Shown here: positions 20,408 to 30,596 of the stretch, one piece after another
How positions within the stretch are numbered: position 1 is the first letter of the stretch
How the letters are laid out: every line of letters begins with the position of its first letter
Assembly: GCA_963837425.1 (NCBI GenBank)
Contig: CAWINH010000002.1
Coordinates: 129,500 to 193,499 of the forward strand
Length of the DNA stretch: 64,000 bases
Reading direction: 5' to 3'
Origin: an uncultured Chloroflexia bacterium
Lineage (GTDB): Bacteria; Chloroflexota; Limnocylindria; QHBO01
Notes under the pieces: model-generated
Seen by the model: only the letters and a program-made list of their open reading frames with translations
The model's database searches: none
What the model was told of the DNA's origin: nothing
Program-made: the position numbers and the translations under genes

Positions 20408-21133
20408 TTACGTGCCGGTGATGAGGCGCTCGCGGTTGAAGAGCGGGCTGACGAGGCGCCAGCCGAGGACGTCGACGACGAAGAGCACCACGCCAATCGT
20501 GTCCAGGAGACCGCGCGTGGGATGGATCACGTCGAACGCGAGCAGGGTGGTGAGGATCGCGAGTGGCAGGCTCGCGAGCAGGCTGAGCTGCTGGGCGACG
20601 CGGGCGTCGCTCATTCGCGTCGAGATGGCCACCGCAATCCAGACCGATGCCGCCGCCAGGAGAGGCGTGAGGATCAGCTGGGCCAGCAGGTCATCCGGGC
20701 GAAGGAGCGCGGAGGCCAGCGCGGGCTCGGTGAGCGCCTCCAGGATCCCCAGGAAGGCCCCGAAGACGAGGTAGGCGATCACGAGCGACGGGAGGAGTGC
20801 GGCGAGTCCCTTGCCGAGGAGGAACTCCCGCTCGCGGATTGGCGTCGTGAGCACCGGCTCAAGGCTGCCCTGCTGTCGCTCACCGGCCACCGAGTACGCG
20901 GCGAGCACCGCCGGAGTGAGGACCGGGACGGCGAGCATGTAGAGAAGCACGTGCCGGTTGCTCAGCTCGGCCGCGGTCGAGGCCGGGATCGAGAGCAGGA
21001 CGATGACCGGCTGGATGAGGAAGATGAGCGGGAAGATCGCGGTCGCCACCAGGACCGACCGGTTGCGCCGATACTCCCGCAGCTCCTTGCGCATCACGGC
21101 GCCGATGCGCCGCGCGCTGAATCGGCGATTCAT
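20408..21133 (-). CDS. ABC-2 type transporter permease.
   Basis: Six TM helices. Start taken at MNRRFSARRIGAVMRKELREY. Overlaps the upstream ATPase gene by 4 nt. Confidence 0.7.
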   Translation of the reverse strand: MNRRFSARRIGAVMRKELREYRRNRSVLVATAIFPLIFLIQPVIVLLSIPASTAAELSNRHVLLYMLAVPVLTPAVLAAYSVAGERQQGSLEPVLTTPIREREFLLGKGLAALLPSLVIAYLVFGAFLGILEALTEPALASALLRPDDLLAQLILTPLLAAASVWIAVAISTRMSDARVAQQLSLLASLPLAILTTLLAFDVIHPTRGLLDTIGVVLFVVDVLGWRLVSPLFNRERLITGT

Positions 21134-22113
21134 GCCCCGGCGACCTCTCGGTCCTCGTCCACGAGCTGGAGATACACGTCCTCCAGGGAGTGGCGCGTCT
21201 CGCTGATCGAGAGGACGTCCGCGTTCGCGGCCACCAGGGCGCGGGTCAGAGCCGGGGCCGCGAGGGTTGGGTCCGAGACGGTGACGAGGTAGCCCGCGGC
21301 ACCGTCCTGCCGCCACCCGTCGACCGCGGGGACCTGCGCGAAGAGGCCAGCGGGATCGGCGAGCGGTTGCGCGGTGCGGACCGCGAGGCCACGGGTGAAG
21401 AGGCGGTCGCGCAGCTCATCGGGCCGGCCGATCATCTGCAGCCTCGTGTTCAGGATCGCGACCCGGTCGCAGAGGCGCTCCGCCTCCTCGAGCCGATGGG
21501 TGGTCAGGAAGATCGTCACGCCCCGCTCTCGGAGCCCCTCGATCAGCTCATGGACGTCGCGTCCCGCCGCCGGGTCGAGGCCGGCGGTCGGCTCGTCCAG
21601 GAAGAGGAGCTCCGGGTCGGGGAGCAGGGCGCGCGCCAGGGCCACTCGCTGGCGGAGCCCCTTCGAGAGGCGGCTGCAGGGATCGGTCGCCCGGTCCGCC
21701 AGGTTGACCGCGGCCAGGGCTTCTTCCACCCGCCGGCGGGGGTCGGGAGTCTCGTACAGATCCGCGAAGCATTCGAGGTTCTCGCGGACGGTGAGGCGCA
21801 GGTAGAGGCCGGGCGCCTCGGGCATGATCGCGATCCGGCGCCGGATCGCGACCCCGTTCTCCGGGGTGAGAGGGATCCCCAGGACGCTCGCCGAGCCCGA
21901 GGTCGGGGAGATGAGCGTGCCGAGGGTCCGGACCGTCGTCGTCTTTCCGGCGCCGTTCGGGCCAAGGAACCCGAACACCTCGCCTTGGGCGACCTCGAAC
22001 GAGACGTCGTCCACCGCGACCCGGGCGCCCGGGCCCTCGCCAAATCGCTTCGAGAGATGGTCGACCGCGATGGCCGGAGCCGCGCCGGATTGCTCGCTCA
22101 TGACGCCGGCCAT
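21130..22113 (-). CDS. ABC transporter ATP-binding protein.
   Basis: Walker A GPNGAGKTT, signature LSKGLRQR, Walker B LLFLDEPT. Confidence 0.85.
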   Translation of the reverse strand: MAGVMSEQSGAAPAIAVDHLSKRFGEGPGARVAVDDVSFEVAQGEVFGFLGPNGAGKTTTVRTLGTLISPTSGSASVLGIPLTPENGVAIRRRIAIMPEAPGLYLRLTVRENLECFADLYETPDPRRRVEEALAAVNLADRATDPCSRLSKGLRQRVALARALLPDPELLFLDEPTAGLDPAAGRDVHELIEGLRERGVTIFLTTHRLEEAERLCDRVAILNTRLQMIGRPDELRDRLFTRGLAVRTAQPLADPAGLFAQVPAVDGWRQDGAAGYLVTVSDPTLAAPALTRALVAANADVLSISETRHSLEDVYLQLVDEDREVAGA

Positions 22114-22148
22114 TGTCCACCGATTGGCGGCGGGTATGCTGTCGCCGC

Positions 22149-22778
22149 ATGCGGCCGATCGTCGTCGTCTCCGCGTTCGTGGTGGTTGCCTTCGCCGTGG
22201 TCGCTGTCGCCGACCTGGGGGCGGGGAGCTGGGCGAAGGTCGTGGACGGCTCGTACGGGTTCGAGCCCGTGACCAGTGACCTCGCGCTGCTCTCCGCGCA
22301 GCCCGACTGCGAATCGCCGGGCTCGGCCACCTACCCCTGCGTCCGCCAGTTCGCCTTTGCGCCGGACGCGACGCTCACGGAGTGGGTCTCGGTCCGCAAC
22401 GACGGCCCGCTCGGGGTGACGCTGGAGGGCGTCCCGGACGATTGGCTCGGCGGGTTCGTCGAGTCGATGCTCAGCCGGCCGGTCGCCGCACTGGATGGAG
22501 GCGATCCAGCCGTGGCGATGGCGGCCGGGAGCCTGGAAGGGCCCGCGTTCACCGCCGTTGCGCTGGACCCCGGGGCGGAACGGCTCATTGGCCTCGAGTT
22601 CCGGACGACCGGCGACGTCGCATTCGCCTGCCAGCATTGGATGGAGGGCAGCGCGCTCGGCTGGGACGCCGTGCCGATCGCGTGGCACTGGCTCGCGTTC
22701 CGGCACGAGGTGGAGTTCTCCTTTGTCGCCCCCGTCGACTTCATGGCGCCAACCGCCGCGGACTGCTCGGCATCGTGA
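22149..22778 (+). CDS. Hypothetical membrane-anchored protein.
   Basis: N-terminal TM helix (IVVVSAFVVVAFAVVAV). No motif recognised. Confidence 0.4.
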   Translation: MRPIVVVSAFVVVAFAVVAVADLGAGSWAKVVDGSYGFEPVTSDLALLSAQPDCESPGSATYPCVRQFAFAPDATLTEWVSVRNDGPLGVTLEGVPDDWLGGFVESMLSRPVAALDGGDPAVAMAAGSLEGPAFTAVALDPGAERLIGLEFRTTGDVAFACQHWMEGSALGWDAVPIAWHWLAFRHEVEFSFVAPVDFMAPTAADCSAS

Positions 22779-23467
22779 GGCGCGGTCGCGCGGAGCGGAC
22801 GCCCGATGCTCGCGATCGTGACCCGACCCTTCGCACGACGCTGATCGCGGCGGCTCCGCTGGGAGCGGCGATCGGTGTCTTCGGGGTGATCTTCGGCGCG
22901 TCGGCGGGTGCCGAGTACGGCCCGGCGCTGACGATCGGGATGTCCCTGATCGTCTTCTCGGGCACCGTCCAGTTCGCCGTCGTGGGCTTGCTGGCGAGTG
23001 GCGCCGGGGCGGCGGCGGTCCTCGTGACCGCGCTCGCCCTGAACACGCGCAACCTGGTGCTGGGGGCGGCCATCCGGCACCGTCTGACGGGGTCGCGGCT
23101 GCGGCGCGCAGGCCTGGCCTGGCTTCTCGTGGACGAGAGCTTTGGCCTGGCGATCGCCTCCAAGGGGCGCGCGGCCACCGTTCTGTTCACCACCGGGTCC
23201 CTCTTCTACCTGACCTGGCAGCTGGGGACGATCCTGGGTGTGGTCGGGGCGCGGGTGGTGGCGCTCGAGGGGCTGGCCGGCGCCGTGTTCCCGGTGCTGT
23301 TCATAGGCCTGGCGGCGCTGACGGTCCGCGGTCGGGCGGGCGTGGTCCGGGCGCTGGTGGCCGGAGGGTTGGTGGCCAGCGTCGTCGTGGCCGTGCCGGC
23401 GCTCCATGCATGGGCGCCGATCATCGCCGCGCTGCTCGTTGCGCTGCCCGGGGGTCGGACCCGATGA
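22775..23467 (+). CDS. azlC: AzlC-family branched-chain amino acid exporter.
   Basis: Polytopic membrane protein. The arrangement with the downstream azlD is typical. A GTG start at 22775 is inferred. Confidence 0.65.
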   Translation: MRRGRAERTPDARDRDPTLRTTLIAAAPLGAAIGVFGVIFGASAGAEYGPALTIGMSLIVFSGTVQFAVVGLLASGAGAAAVLVTALALNTRNLVLGAAIRHRLTGSRLRRAGLAWLLVDESFGLAIASKGRAATVLFTTGSLFYLTWQLGTILGVVGARVVALEGLAGAVFPVLFIGLAALTVRGRAGVVRALVAGGLVASVVVAVPALHAWAPIIAALLVALPGGRTR

Positions 23468-23754
23468 GCTGGGGCCTGATCGTTCTCCTGGGCGTTCTCA
23501 CCTACGCCAGCCGCGCGCTGGCGGTCGTCTTCCTGCCGCACCTGCCAATGCGGGCGCGGGCCGCGCTCGATCGCATGCCCCCGGCGCTCTTCGCCGGCCT
23601 GGCCGCGCAGGCGCTCGTGGGGCCCGGCGCGAGCGTGGCGGATCCCCGGGTGCTGGCCGCGGCCGCCGGGGCGCTGATCGTGACGCCCATGCGGTCGCTT
23701 GCGATCTGCCTGGCTGCCGGGCTCGCGACATATCTGGTCGCGGGGCTGCTCTGA
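23464..23754 (+). CDS. azlD: AzlD-family branched-chain amino acid transport protein.
   Basis: About 97 aa with 3 TM helices. Overlaps azlC by 4 nt. Confidence 0.65.
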   Translation: MSWGLIVLLGVLTYASRALAVVFLPHLPMRARAALDRMPPALFAGLAAQALVGPGASVADPRVLAAAAGALIVTPMRSLAICLAAGLATYLVAGLL

Positions 23755-23809
23755 GCAGGGCACAGCGGTTTGGCCGCAGCCATATCATGCATCGGCTGGG
23801 TATCGGGCC

Positions 23810-24220
23810 ATGGGCGCCGGAAAAGAGGAGGAGCGGGTGCTGGGATCGAGTCACGCGTATTCGGGCTTCTCGGTGGACGACATCGGCAGGGCGAAGGCCT
23901 TCTATGCCGATGCCCTGGGGCTGGAGGTGACCGAGGCCCACGGGATGCTGACCCTGCACCTCGCCGGCGGCGGGACGGTCATTCTGTACCCGAAGGAGAA
24001 CCATCAGCCGGCGACGTTCACTGTCCTGAACTTCCCGGTGCCCGATATCGACGCGGCGGTGGACGGGCTGGCGGCGGCGGGCGTCACATTCGAGCGCTAC
24101 GAGGGGCTCGACCAGGACGAACGCGGGATCGCCCGGCCACCGAAGCCGGAGTACGGCCCACCCATCGCCTGGTTCACCGATCCGGCGGGCAACATCTGCT
24201 CGGTCCTCCAGGACACCTGA
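23810..24220 (+). CDS. VOC-family (glyoxalase/bleomycin-resistance fold) protein.
   Basis: [21 protein letters not shown]...FTDPAGN. Confidence 0.7.
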   Translation: MGAGKEEERVLGSSHAYSGFSVDDIGRAKAFYADALGLEVTEAHGMLTLHLAGGGTVILYPKENHQPATFTVLNFPVPDIDAAVDGLAAAGVTFERYEGLDQDERGIARPPKPEYGPPIAWFTDPAGNICSVLQDT

Positions 24221-24227
24221 CCGGGGT

Positions 24228-24305
24228 ACGTCGCGCCCGGGATGTCGCGCCCGGGATGTCGCGCCCGGGATGTCGCGCCCGGGATGTCGCGCCCGGGATG
24301 TCGCG
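24228..24305. repeat. Tandem 15-bp microsatellite (gatgtcgcgcccggg), about 5 copies.
   Basis: Read directly from the sequence. It abuts the MITE-B copy at 24308. Confidence 0.8.
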
Positions 24306-24307
24306 CC

Positions 24308-24457
24308 GACTCTTCAACCGCGCTTCTGAGGAGCCTAATCCCGGTGGAGGCGCGAGCGGCACTCGGGAACGATGGGTCGCCACGCTCACGCGGGGGCGTG
24401 GGCACCCCTTGGGAGCCGCGTCGAGCTGGATAAGGTGCCGGGGATGAGCGGTTGAGC
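24308..24457. repeat. MITE-like element family B.
   Basis: Terminal inverted repeats gactcttcaaccgcgctt ... gatgagcggttgag. Internal gagcctaatcccggtgga / gagctggataaggtgc. Confidence 0.65.
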
Positions 24458-24547
24458 AGTCAGGCTGCGCGACGGCCTGCGCGACGCCTGCGCGAGGGGA
24501 TCTGCGCGAGGGGCGCCGCGAGAGCGCTGCACGAGAGGGCGCCGCGA

Positions 24548-25069
24548 TCAGATGCCGAGACGGCTCCAGCCGCGGCGCGGCTGCGGCTGCGGCTTCGGCT
24601 TGGCGTTGCTCGCGATCGCCGCGAGGTACTTCTCGATCTCCTTCCGGTAGCGGTGGCCGGAGGTATGGCGCGTCAGCCAGCGCAGGTAATCGGGATCGTG
24701 GAGGGCGAGATCGGCGATCGTCCAGCCATCGTATCGGCCAAAGTCGACGACCATCGAGTCGCCGCTCATCGAACGCCGCGGCGGCGGAGTCGCGGCCGCG
24801 CCCATCGCCCAAGCCTTCGGCGTGGGCGCAGGCTTGGCGCTGATCGTGTCGTAGGCCACTCGCAGGTCCGGCGTGCGGATCTGCGCGTACGCCTTGTTTA
24901 GTTCCGCCATCCGTCTATCGGCGTCTGAAAAGGCGTTGACGTCCGGGTGGTAGAGGGATGCGAGGGCGCGGAAGGCGGCCTTCACGACCACCTGCGGGGC
25001 GTCGGATTGAATGTGCAGGACCCGATACGGATCGCGGGTCCCCGTCTCCTCTGGCATGTTCTCCATCAT
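24548..25069 (-). CDS. J-domain (DnaJ-like) protein.
   Basis: DPYRVLHIQSDAPQVVVKAAFRALASLYHPD carries the HPD motif. The C-terminal domain is of unknown function. Confidence 0.6.
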   Translation of the reverse strand: MMENMPEETGTRDPYRVLHIQSDAPQVVVKAAFRALASLYHPDVNAFSDADRRMAELNKAYAQIRTPDLRVAYDTISAKPAPTPKAWAMGAAATPPPRRSMSGDSMVVDFGRYDGWTIADLALHDPDYLRWLTRHTSGHRYRKEIEKYLAAIASNAKPKPQPQPRRGWSRLGI

Positions 25070-25236
25070 CGCGCGCGCAGCGCGCGCGGCAAGCCTGACG
25101 GAGGGGGGAGTACGAATGTCCGTGACCGGGGCTCCACGAACCGGATGCCTCACCGCCGGGTGGTGAGTTGCATCATGCCGTCGGCCATGCAAGGATACGT
25201 AACGGATCGTATTCTTTGGCAGGAGCCACAGCACAC

Positions 25237-25467
25237 ATGAACAACGAATGGCGGGCCCTCGATCGGATCGAGCAGGCCACGCAGCAACAGCCCTACTGCA
25301 TCTGCGGTCAGCCGACCACCCCGGTGGCGCAGCCGGACGGTCTCTGGCTGGAGTGCACCACCATCGGGAAGCCAGTGCGCGGCTGGCGGCACAGTCTCCT
25401 CAGAGCCCTGACCGGCGGGGCCCACGTGCGCCGGCAGATCCTCGACTGCGTCTCGCCCGCGGCCTAG
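25237..25467 (+). CDS. Hypothetical small Cys-containing protein.
   Basis: 77-aa ORF. Weak support. Confidence 0.3.
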   Translation: MNNEWRALDRIEQATQQQPYCICGQPTTPVAQPDGLWLECTTIGKPVRGWRHSLLRALTGGAHVRRQILDCVSPAA

Positions 25468-26076
25468 TCCGCGGCCCGACCCGCGGCCCGGCCCGCGGCC
25501 GCGTAGCCGCGCATGACCGAGTCCACGATCTTGGCTGCGAACCGCGCATCGAGCCGCCCGCCGAACATGAGTCGGAAGTAGACCGGGCCCACGAGCAGCT
25601 CGGTTGCGGTGCCGACATCGATATCGGGCCGCAGATCACCCCTGGCCACGCCGCGCCCAATGACCTCCGCGACCTGGTTGCGCCGATCCTGGACGACGGT
25701 GGCCCGGAACGGGTCTCCGAGCGCGGGGTCCAGGGCGATCTGCGAGAGCAGGGCGCGAATGACCGGTCCGAAGGGCGTGTCGATCGACCGCCCGCCGCGC
25801 GTTGTTGACGACCGCCAGCAGCTCCTTGCGCGTGTCTCCCGCGTCCGGGACGGCGATGTGCGGGGCGGCGAGCTCCATGAGCAGCGCCAGCGCGAGCTCC
25901 TGCTTCGAGCTCCAGCGCCGGTAGATCGTCGCCTTTCCGACCCCGGCTCGAGCTGCCACGTGCTCGAGGTGCCAGTCCGCGAACCCCTCCTCCACGAGAA
26001 GCTCACGAGCTGCGGCGAGGATGGCGCGGTGCACGCGCTGGCTGCGCGGCCGCCCTCGCGGCCGCCGTTGGGCGTC
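25464..26076 (-). CDS. TetR-family transcriptional regulator with an apparent frameshift near 25795.
   Basis: N-terminal HTH (HVAARAGVGKATIYRRWSSKQEL) is in the frame of ORF 25636..26379. The C-terminal ligand-binding domain is in the frame of ORF 25464..26534. The junction is at gcgcggcgggcgg. Confidence 0.6.
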
Positions 26077-26165
26077 CATCGGAATATGATACGGCGCGGT
26101 TCGTATCGGCGGCAATCGCGGCTGGGCCCGCCCGTGCCGCGTAGGCCGGCCGGTAGACTCGGCGG

Positions 26166-27951
26166 GTGACGCGGACGCTGCCCGATTCGGACGAGGCCTG
26201 GGACGACTGGGTCGCCGCCAGCCGGACTCGCAACTGGCTCGAGGACGATCCGCTCCTCGATTGGCTGACCCGCTTTGGGCGTGACCACGGCCTCCTGCCT
26301 GATGACGAGCTGGGCACCTACGACGAGCGCACCGACATGCGCGCGTTCGTGCTGGCCAAGGGCCTCGAGTTCGAGGCACGGGTGATGGACGTCATCCGCT
26401 CGCAGCTCGATTGGGTCCGCATTGCGGAGGGCCCGCGGGATTCCCGCGACCTTGCGAAGCGCGAGGAGACGATCGCGGCCATCCGCGAGGGCGTCCCCGT
26501 CATCGAGCAGGCCGTCCTGATGGACCCGGTGCATGGCACGTACGGGGTCGCCGACCTGCTCGTCCGATCAGACCACCTCAATGACCTCGTCCCTGGGACC
26601 CTGATGCCGGATGAGGCCATGCTCCCCGCACCTGCCCTCGGCACCCCGTGGCACTACCGGGTCGTCGACATCAAGTTCCGGACGCTCGACCTGCTGAAGA
26701 ACGGCGGCGCTGCATCGGGCCTGGCGAACTACATGGCCCAGGTCTGGCTCTACAACGAGGCGCTCGCCCGCGTGCTGGGCATGACCCCGCCCGCCTCCTT
26801 CCTGCTCGGTCGCAGCTGGGATCAGGGCAAGGAGCGCGGCGACGGGTGCTTCGACTGCCTGGCGCGCGTGGATCGCGATCGCGTCGTCACCGCCGACCGG
26901 GGCGAGCTCGAGACCGCCACCCTGCGAGCCGTCGAGTGGATCCGTCGACTCCGTCGCGAGGGGGCCGACTGGAGTCCGCTCCCGGTCCCGACCGTACCCG
27001 AGCTCTATCCCCACGCCCGCAACAGCCAGGATCAGCCGTGGCACGGCGCGAAGGTACGGATTGCAAACGAGCTCGCGGAGCTGACCCTGCTGCCGGGGAT
27101 GAACCCGGTCCTGCGGCGGGACGCGCACGCGCGCGGCATCCTCCGCTGGGACGATCCGCGGGCCAGCAGCGGAACGCTCGGCATCGGCCGCTGGCGTGAG
27201 AAGACGGACGCCGTGCTCCTCATCAACCGCGACGTGCCGGAGCTCGTCGTGGCGCCGGAGCGGATCACCCGGGCGGATCCCGCGTGGCGGACCCCCGCCG
27301 CGGTGGAGTTCTACGTCGACTTCGAGACCGTCTCGAACATGGACGACGACTTCAGCCGGCTGCCGCGAATCGGCGGGCAGCCGCTCATCTTCCAGATCGG
27401 CTGCGGCTGGCTGGAGGACGGGACGTGGCGCTTCTAGCAGTGGACCGCCGGTCGGCTGACCGAGGTCGACGAGGCCGCCATGATCGACGCCTGGCTGGCG
27501 TTCATGGAGGAGCCACCTCGCCGCCCGCGGCCTGGTCTGGGCCGATGCGCGCCTCTACCACTGGTCCGCGGCCGAGACCTCGACCCTCGACAAGGCCTAC
27601 AACTCGGCGCGGGAGCGGCATCCGGAGCGCGACTGGCCCCACCTGCCGTGGTTCGACCTCCTGAACCGGCTCGTCCGCGAGGAGCCGGTCACCGTCCGCG
27701 GCGCGTTCGGCTTTGGCCTCAAGGCCATCGCGAGCGGGATGCATCGGGCGGGGCTGATCGAGACGACCTGGACCGATGGTCCGGCCGATGGGCTGGGCGC
27801 CATGATCGGCGCCTGGTGGTGCGACGGCGAGGCGGAGCGGACCGGGGTCACGTTGCCCGAGATCGAGCTCATGCAGGAGATCGGCCGCTACAACGAGGTC
27901 GACTGCCGCTCGATGGCCGAGGTCCTCGGGTGGCTGCGGGCGCACCGGTAA
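26166..27951 (+). pseudogene. Cas4/RecB-like PD-(D/E)xK nuclease fused to an RNase-H-like exonuclease domain (TM0106-family-like). It is disrupted by an in-frame TAG at about 27435 and a frameshift at about 27520.
   Basis: VDIKF nuclease core, DFETVSN...LIFQIGCGW, and a C-terminus ...EIGRYNEVDCRSMAEVLGWL spread over three reading frames. Removing one C in gagccacc restores the frame. Confidence 0.6.
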
Positions 27952-27997
27952 GGGTCCCTTCACTCGAAGGCGCCGCGGCCGTGCCCGTGCGCCAATC

Positions 27998-28148
27998 GCG
28001 TGCGCGCAGCGCACGCATCGGCCATCGGGAGGGCTCCTGGAACTGCCCGAGATGACGCCCCTGGTGCACATTCAGGCCTTCCGGGGCCCGATTCGGGTGC
28101 TTCGGTGTCCGATGTGCACACCTGGCGCACATCGGGACGCGCGGGGAG
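27998..28148. repeat. MITE-like element family A.
   Basis: gtgcgcgcagcgcacgcatcgg ... ttcggtgtccgatgtgcacacctggcgcacatcgg. Confidence 0.7.
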
Positions 28149-28185
28149 AGCACCGGGAGTCCGTGGGGATACAGGGAGCGGAGCC

Positions 28186-29071
28186 TCAGCTCCCGCCGAT
28201 CAGCGCGTCGAGGATCTGGTCCATGGAGTCGACGATCAGCGACAGGTGACCGTGGTCGTCATGGAGGTGGGGGCAGGCGCCGCCAACGTGGGCCGCCAGC
28301 CACTCGCCGTGGGCGTACGGGACCATCCGGTCGTGCGCGCCCTGCCAGATGTGGACCGGCCCCGGGATGCTCCCCAGCTCGAAGCCCCACGGCCGAACGA
28401 ACGCCATGTCGTCGTCGAACCAGCCCCAGTAACCCTCACGCATGGCCTCGCGGAAGAGCTCGGCGAGCCACTCCGCGTAGTCGTCGCGGATCGACGCGCG
28501 GTCGACCTCATCGGCGAGGTCGCCGAGCGAATCCGCCACCTGCGACGCGGTGAGGTTGCGGAATGCCGGCCAGGCCGCCTCCATGAATGGCACGAGCGCA
28601 TCGGGCCCGTCGAGGGCGTGCCCGAACTCCTCGATGTTCTCGGCCCCCATCCCCGCCATGAAGTCGATCCCCTCTGCCGGGTAGGGCGCGACGCTCGCGA
28701 TCAGCGCAGTGCCGAGCGTCCGATCGGGCATGAGGGCGGCGGTGGCGAGCGCGTGCGGCCCACCGCCAGACCAGCCCATGACCCAGGCCTTGTCCACGCC
28801 GATGGAGTCGAGCACCGTCCGGGCGTCCTCGACGACGTCGGCCACCGTCCGCCCGGGGCGCCGGGTGCTGCCCCCGTACCCGGCTCGCGTGAAGCTCACG
28901 TATCGAAGCCCGCGCTCCGCGAGCTGCTCCACCAGGCGTGGGTAGGGGAGCCCCGCGCCGGGCGTGCCGAGATGGAAGAGGAGCGGGGTGGCCGCCTGGC
29001 GGCCCGGCCTGCCAGACGTCGAGCCGGCGACCGTCCGGGGTCTGGAACGGAGTCGAACGGTCGGTTCTCAT
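28186..29071 (-). CDS. Alpha/beta hydrolase with an apparent frameshift near 28990.
   Basis: GWSGG nucleophile elbow. The N-terminal 30 aa (MRTDRSTPFQTPDGRRLDVWQAGPPGG) are in another frame, and the junction is at ggcggccaccccgctc. Confidence 0.6.
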
Positions 29072-29081
29072 GTGCGCCATG

Positions 29082-29873
29082 CTACGTCGCCCCGGAGCGG
29101 AGCCGGGCCATGATGCGCGCCCCGATCTCGTTCTCCACCACACTGTTCGGGTCGCGGAGTTCGCCCATTGCGGCCTGGATCCCAACCAGGCTGGCGTACA
29201 GGGGTGGACATGTCGGGCAGCGGGCGAGGTGCGCTTCGACCGCAGCCTTCGGCTCGGGCGCCAGCTCGCCGTCGAGGTACGACGAGACGAGGCGGCGGGC
29301 GCGCCAACAACGCATGGGCTGCGCGAGCGAGGCGCGGCGCCGGGCATCATCGGCCGCGAGGGCGTGGACCAGCATCATTCGCCCGCGGCGGATTCGTTGC
29401 TTCGCGGCCGGCAGGCCAATGCGCATCGCGTGCGCCACCTCGGTGCCGGTCCAGTCCAGCGCGTCGTGGAGCACGACGGCCACTCGGTAGATGACCGGCA
29501 GTCGGACGAGCGCGTCCTCCAGCTCGTCGCGGAGCTCGGCGCGCTCCACCACGCGCTCGGGGTCCACGGTGAAGTCATCATCGCGCCAGTCCGCCTCCAC
29601 GGTGGCGAAGTCGAGGAGCGGCGGCGGGTTGCGGCGAGATCGGTCCACCACCCGGTTGACGAGCATCCGGCGCAGCCAGCCGCGCAGTGCGGCCGGGTCG
29701 CGGAGCTGTCCGCGTCGTCGCCATGCGGCGACCACCGTCTCCTGGACGAGGTCCTCTGCCTCTGCCTCGTCGCGGACCAGCCGTGCGGCCAGACGGACCA
29801 GCCACGGCGCCTCGATGGCGAGGTGCGCCGCGAACTGGTCCGACTCCCGGAGATCGGCCTGCGCACGCGTCAT
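29082..29873 (-). CDS. ECF sigma factor fused to a C-terminal zinc-finger anti-sigma (ZAS, zf-HC2) domain.
   Basis: Sigma region 2 (DLVQETVVAAWRR) and region 4, then CWRARRLVSSYLDGEL...HLARCPTCPP (HxxxCxxC). Confidence 0.75.
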   Translation of the reverse strand: MTRAQADLRESDQFAAHLAIEAPWLVRLAARLVRDEAEAEDLVQETVVAAWRRRGQLRDPAALRGWLRRMLVNRVVDRSRRNPPPLLDFATVEADWRDDDFTVDPERVVERAELRDELEDALVRLPVIYRVAVVLHDALDWTGTEVAHAMRIGLPAAKQRIRRGRMMLVHALAADDARRRASLAQPMRCWRARRLVSSYLDGELAPEPKAAVEAHLARCPTCPPLYASLVGIQAAMGELRDPNSVVENEIGARIMARLRSGAT

Positions 29874-29906
29874 GCGTGCATGATGGCCCGCCCGGGGTGC
29901 GCCGGC

Positions 29907-30119
29907 CTAGTGGCGAACGGGTCGGGTGCTGAGCCGCAGGACGGCATACAGGGGACAGATGCCGACCGCCCCGGTGACGCCGGCGATAACGGCGACCGCG
30001 ACGCTGGCCCACAAGAGTGGCGCGCCCGGGATGCCCGCGGCGGCCAGGCCGATGAGTCCGGCGGCCAGCAGGATCCGCACGATCCGATCGATGGTTCCAA
30101 CGTTCTGAGTGAGCTGCAT
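29907..30119 (-). CDS. DUF2892/YgaP-like small membrane protein.
   Basis: MQLTQNVGTIDRIVRILLAAGLIGLAA...ICPLYAVL, about 70 aa. Confidence 0.5.
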   Translation of the reverse strand: MQLTQNVGTIDRIVRILLAAGLIGLAAAGIPGAPLLWASVAVAVIAGVTGAVGICPLYAVLRLSTRPVRH

Positions 30120-30265
30120 GAGTGGGTTCCTCGATATGTGTCCGCTCGGCGCTTCGTGGCGCCGGTCGCGTGGTTCTTCCACACTCATGGACGAGATCTG
30201 CGCGCGAATGGATACCAGGCCACCTCGAGGAGTGCGCGATGGAGGTCGCTGGCTGAAGCCTCGGG

Positions 30266-30352
30266 GTGTGCGCCCAGCGAGCGCATCGGCCATTCGGGAG
30301 CCGATTCCGATGCTTCGGTGTCCGATGTGCACACCCCGCGCACACCGCAGGG
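30266..30352. repeat. MITE-like element family A, short copy.
   Basis: gtgtgcgcccagcgagcgcatcgg ... ttcggtgtccgatgtgcacaccccgcgcac. Confidence 0.65.
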
Positions 30353-30596
30353 GCTGATGCCCCCGCACCTCCCGAACGAGGCTTACTTCTCAGCCCGTGG
30401 TTCTTCCGGGGGCTCCATGGGGCCGATGTCCGGTGCAACCCCGCGTAATTCTCAGCTGGCGGGTGGTGCGTCGCTCGGCCAGGTGCTTGGCTGCGTTGCT
30501 TGCAGCAGGTGAGAGGTATCGCCAATCGCCGGACGTGTGACTCGCCCAACACGGTTCCGCAGTTCGGCCGCAGGGCAAAAGGGGTAGCGTCCCCGC

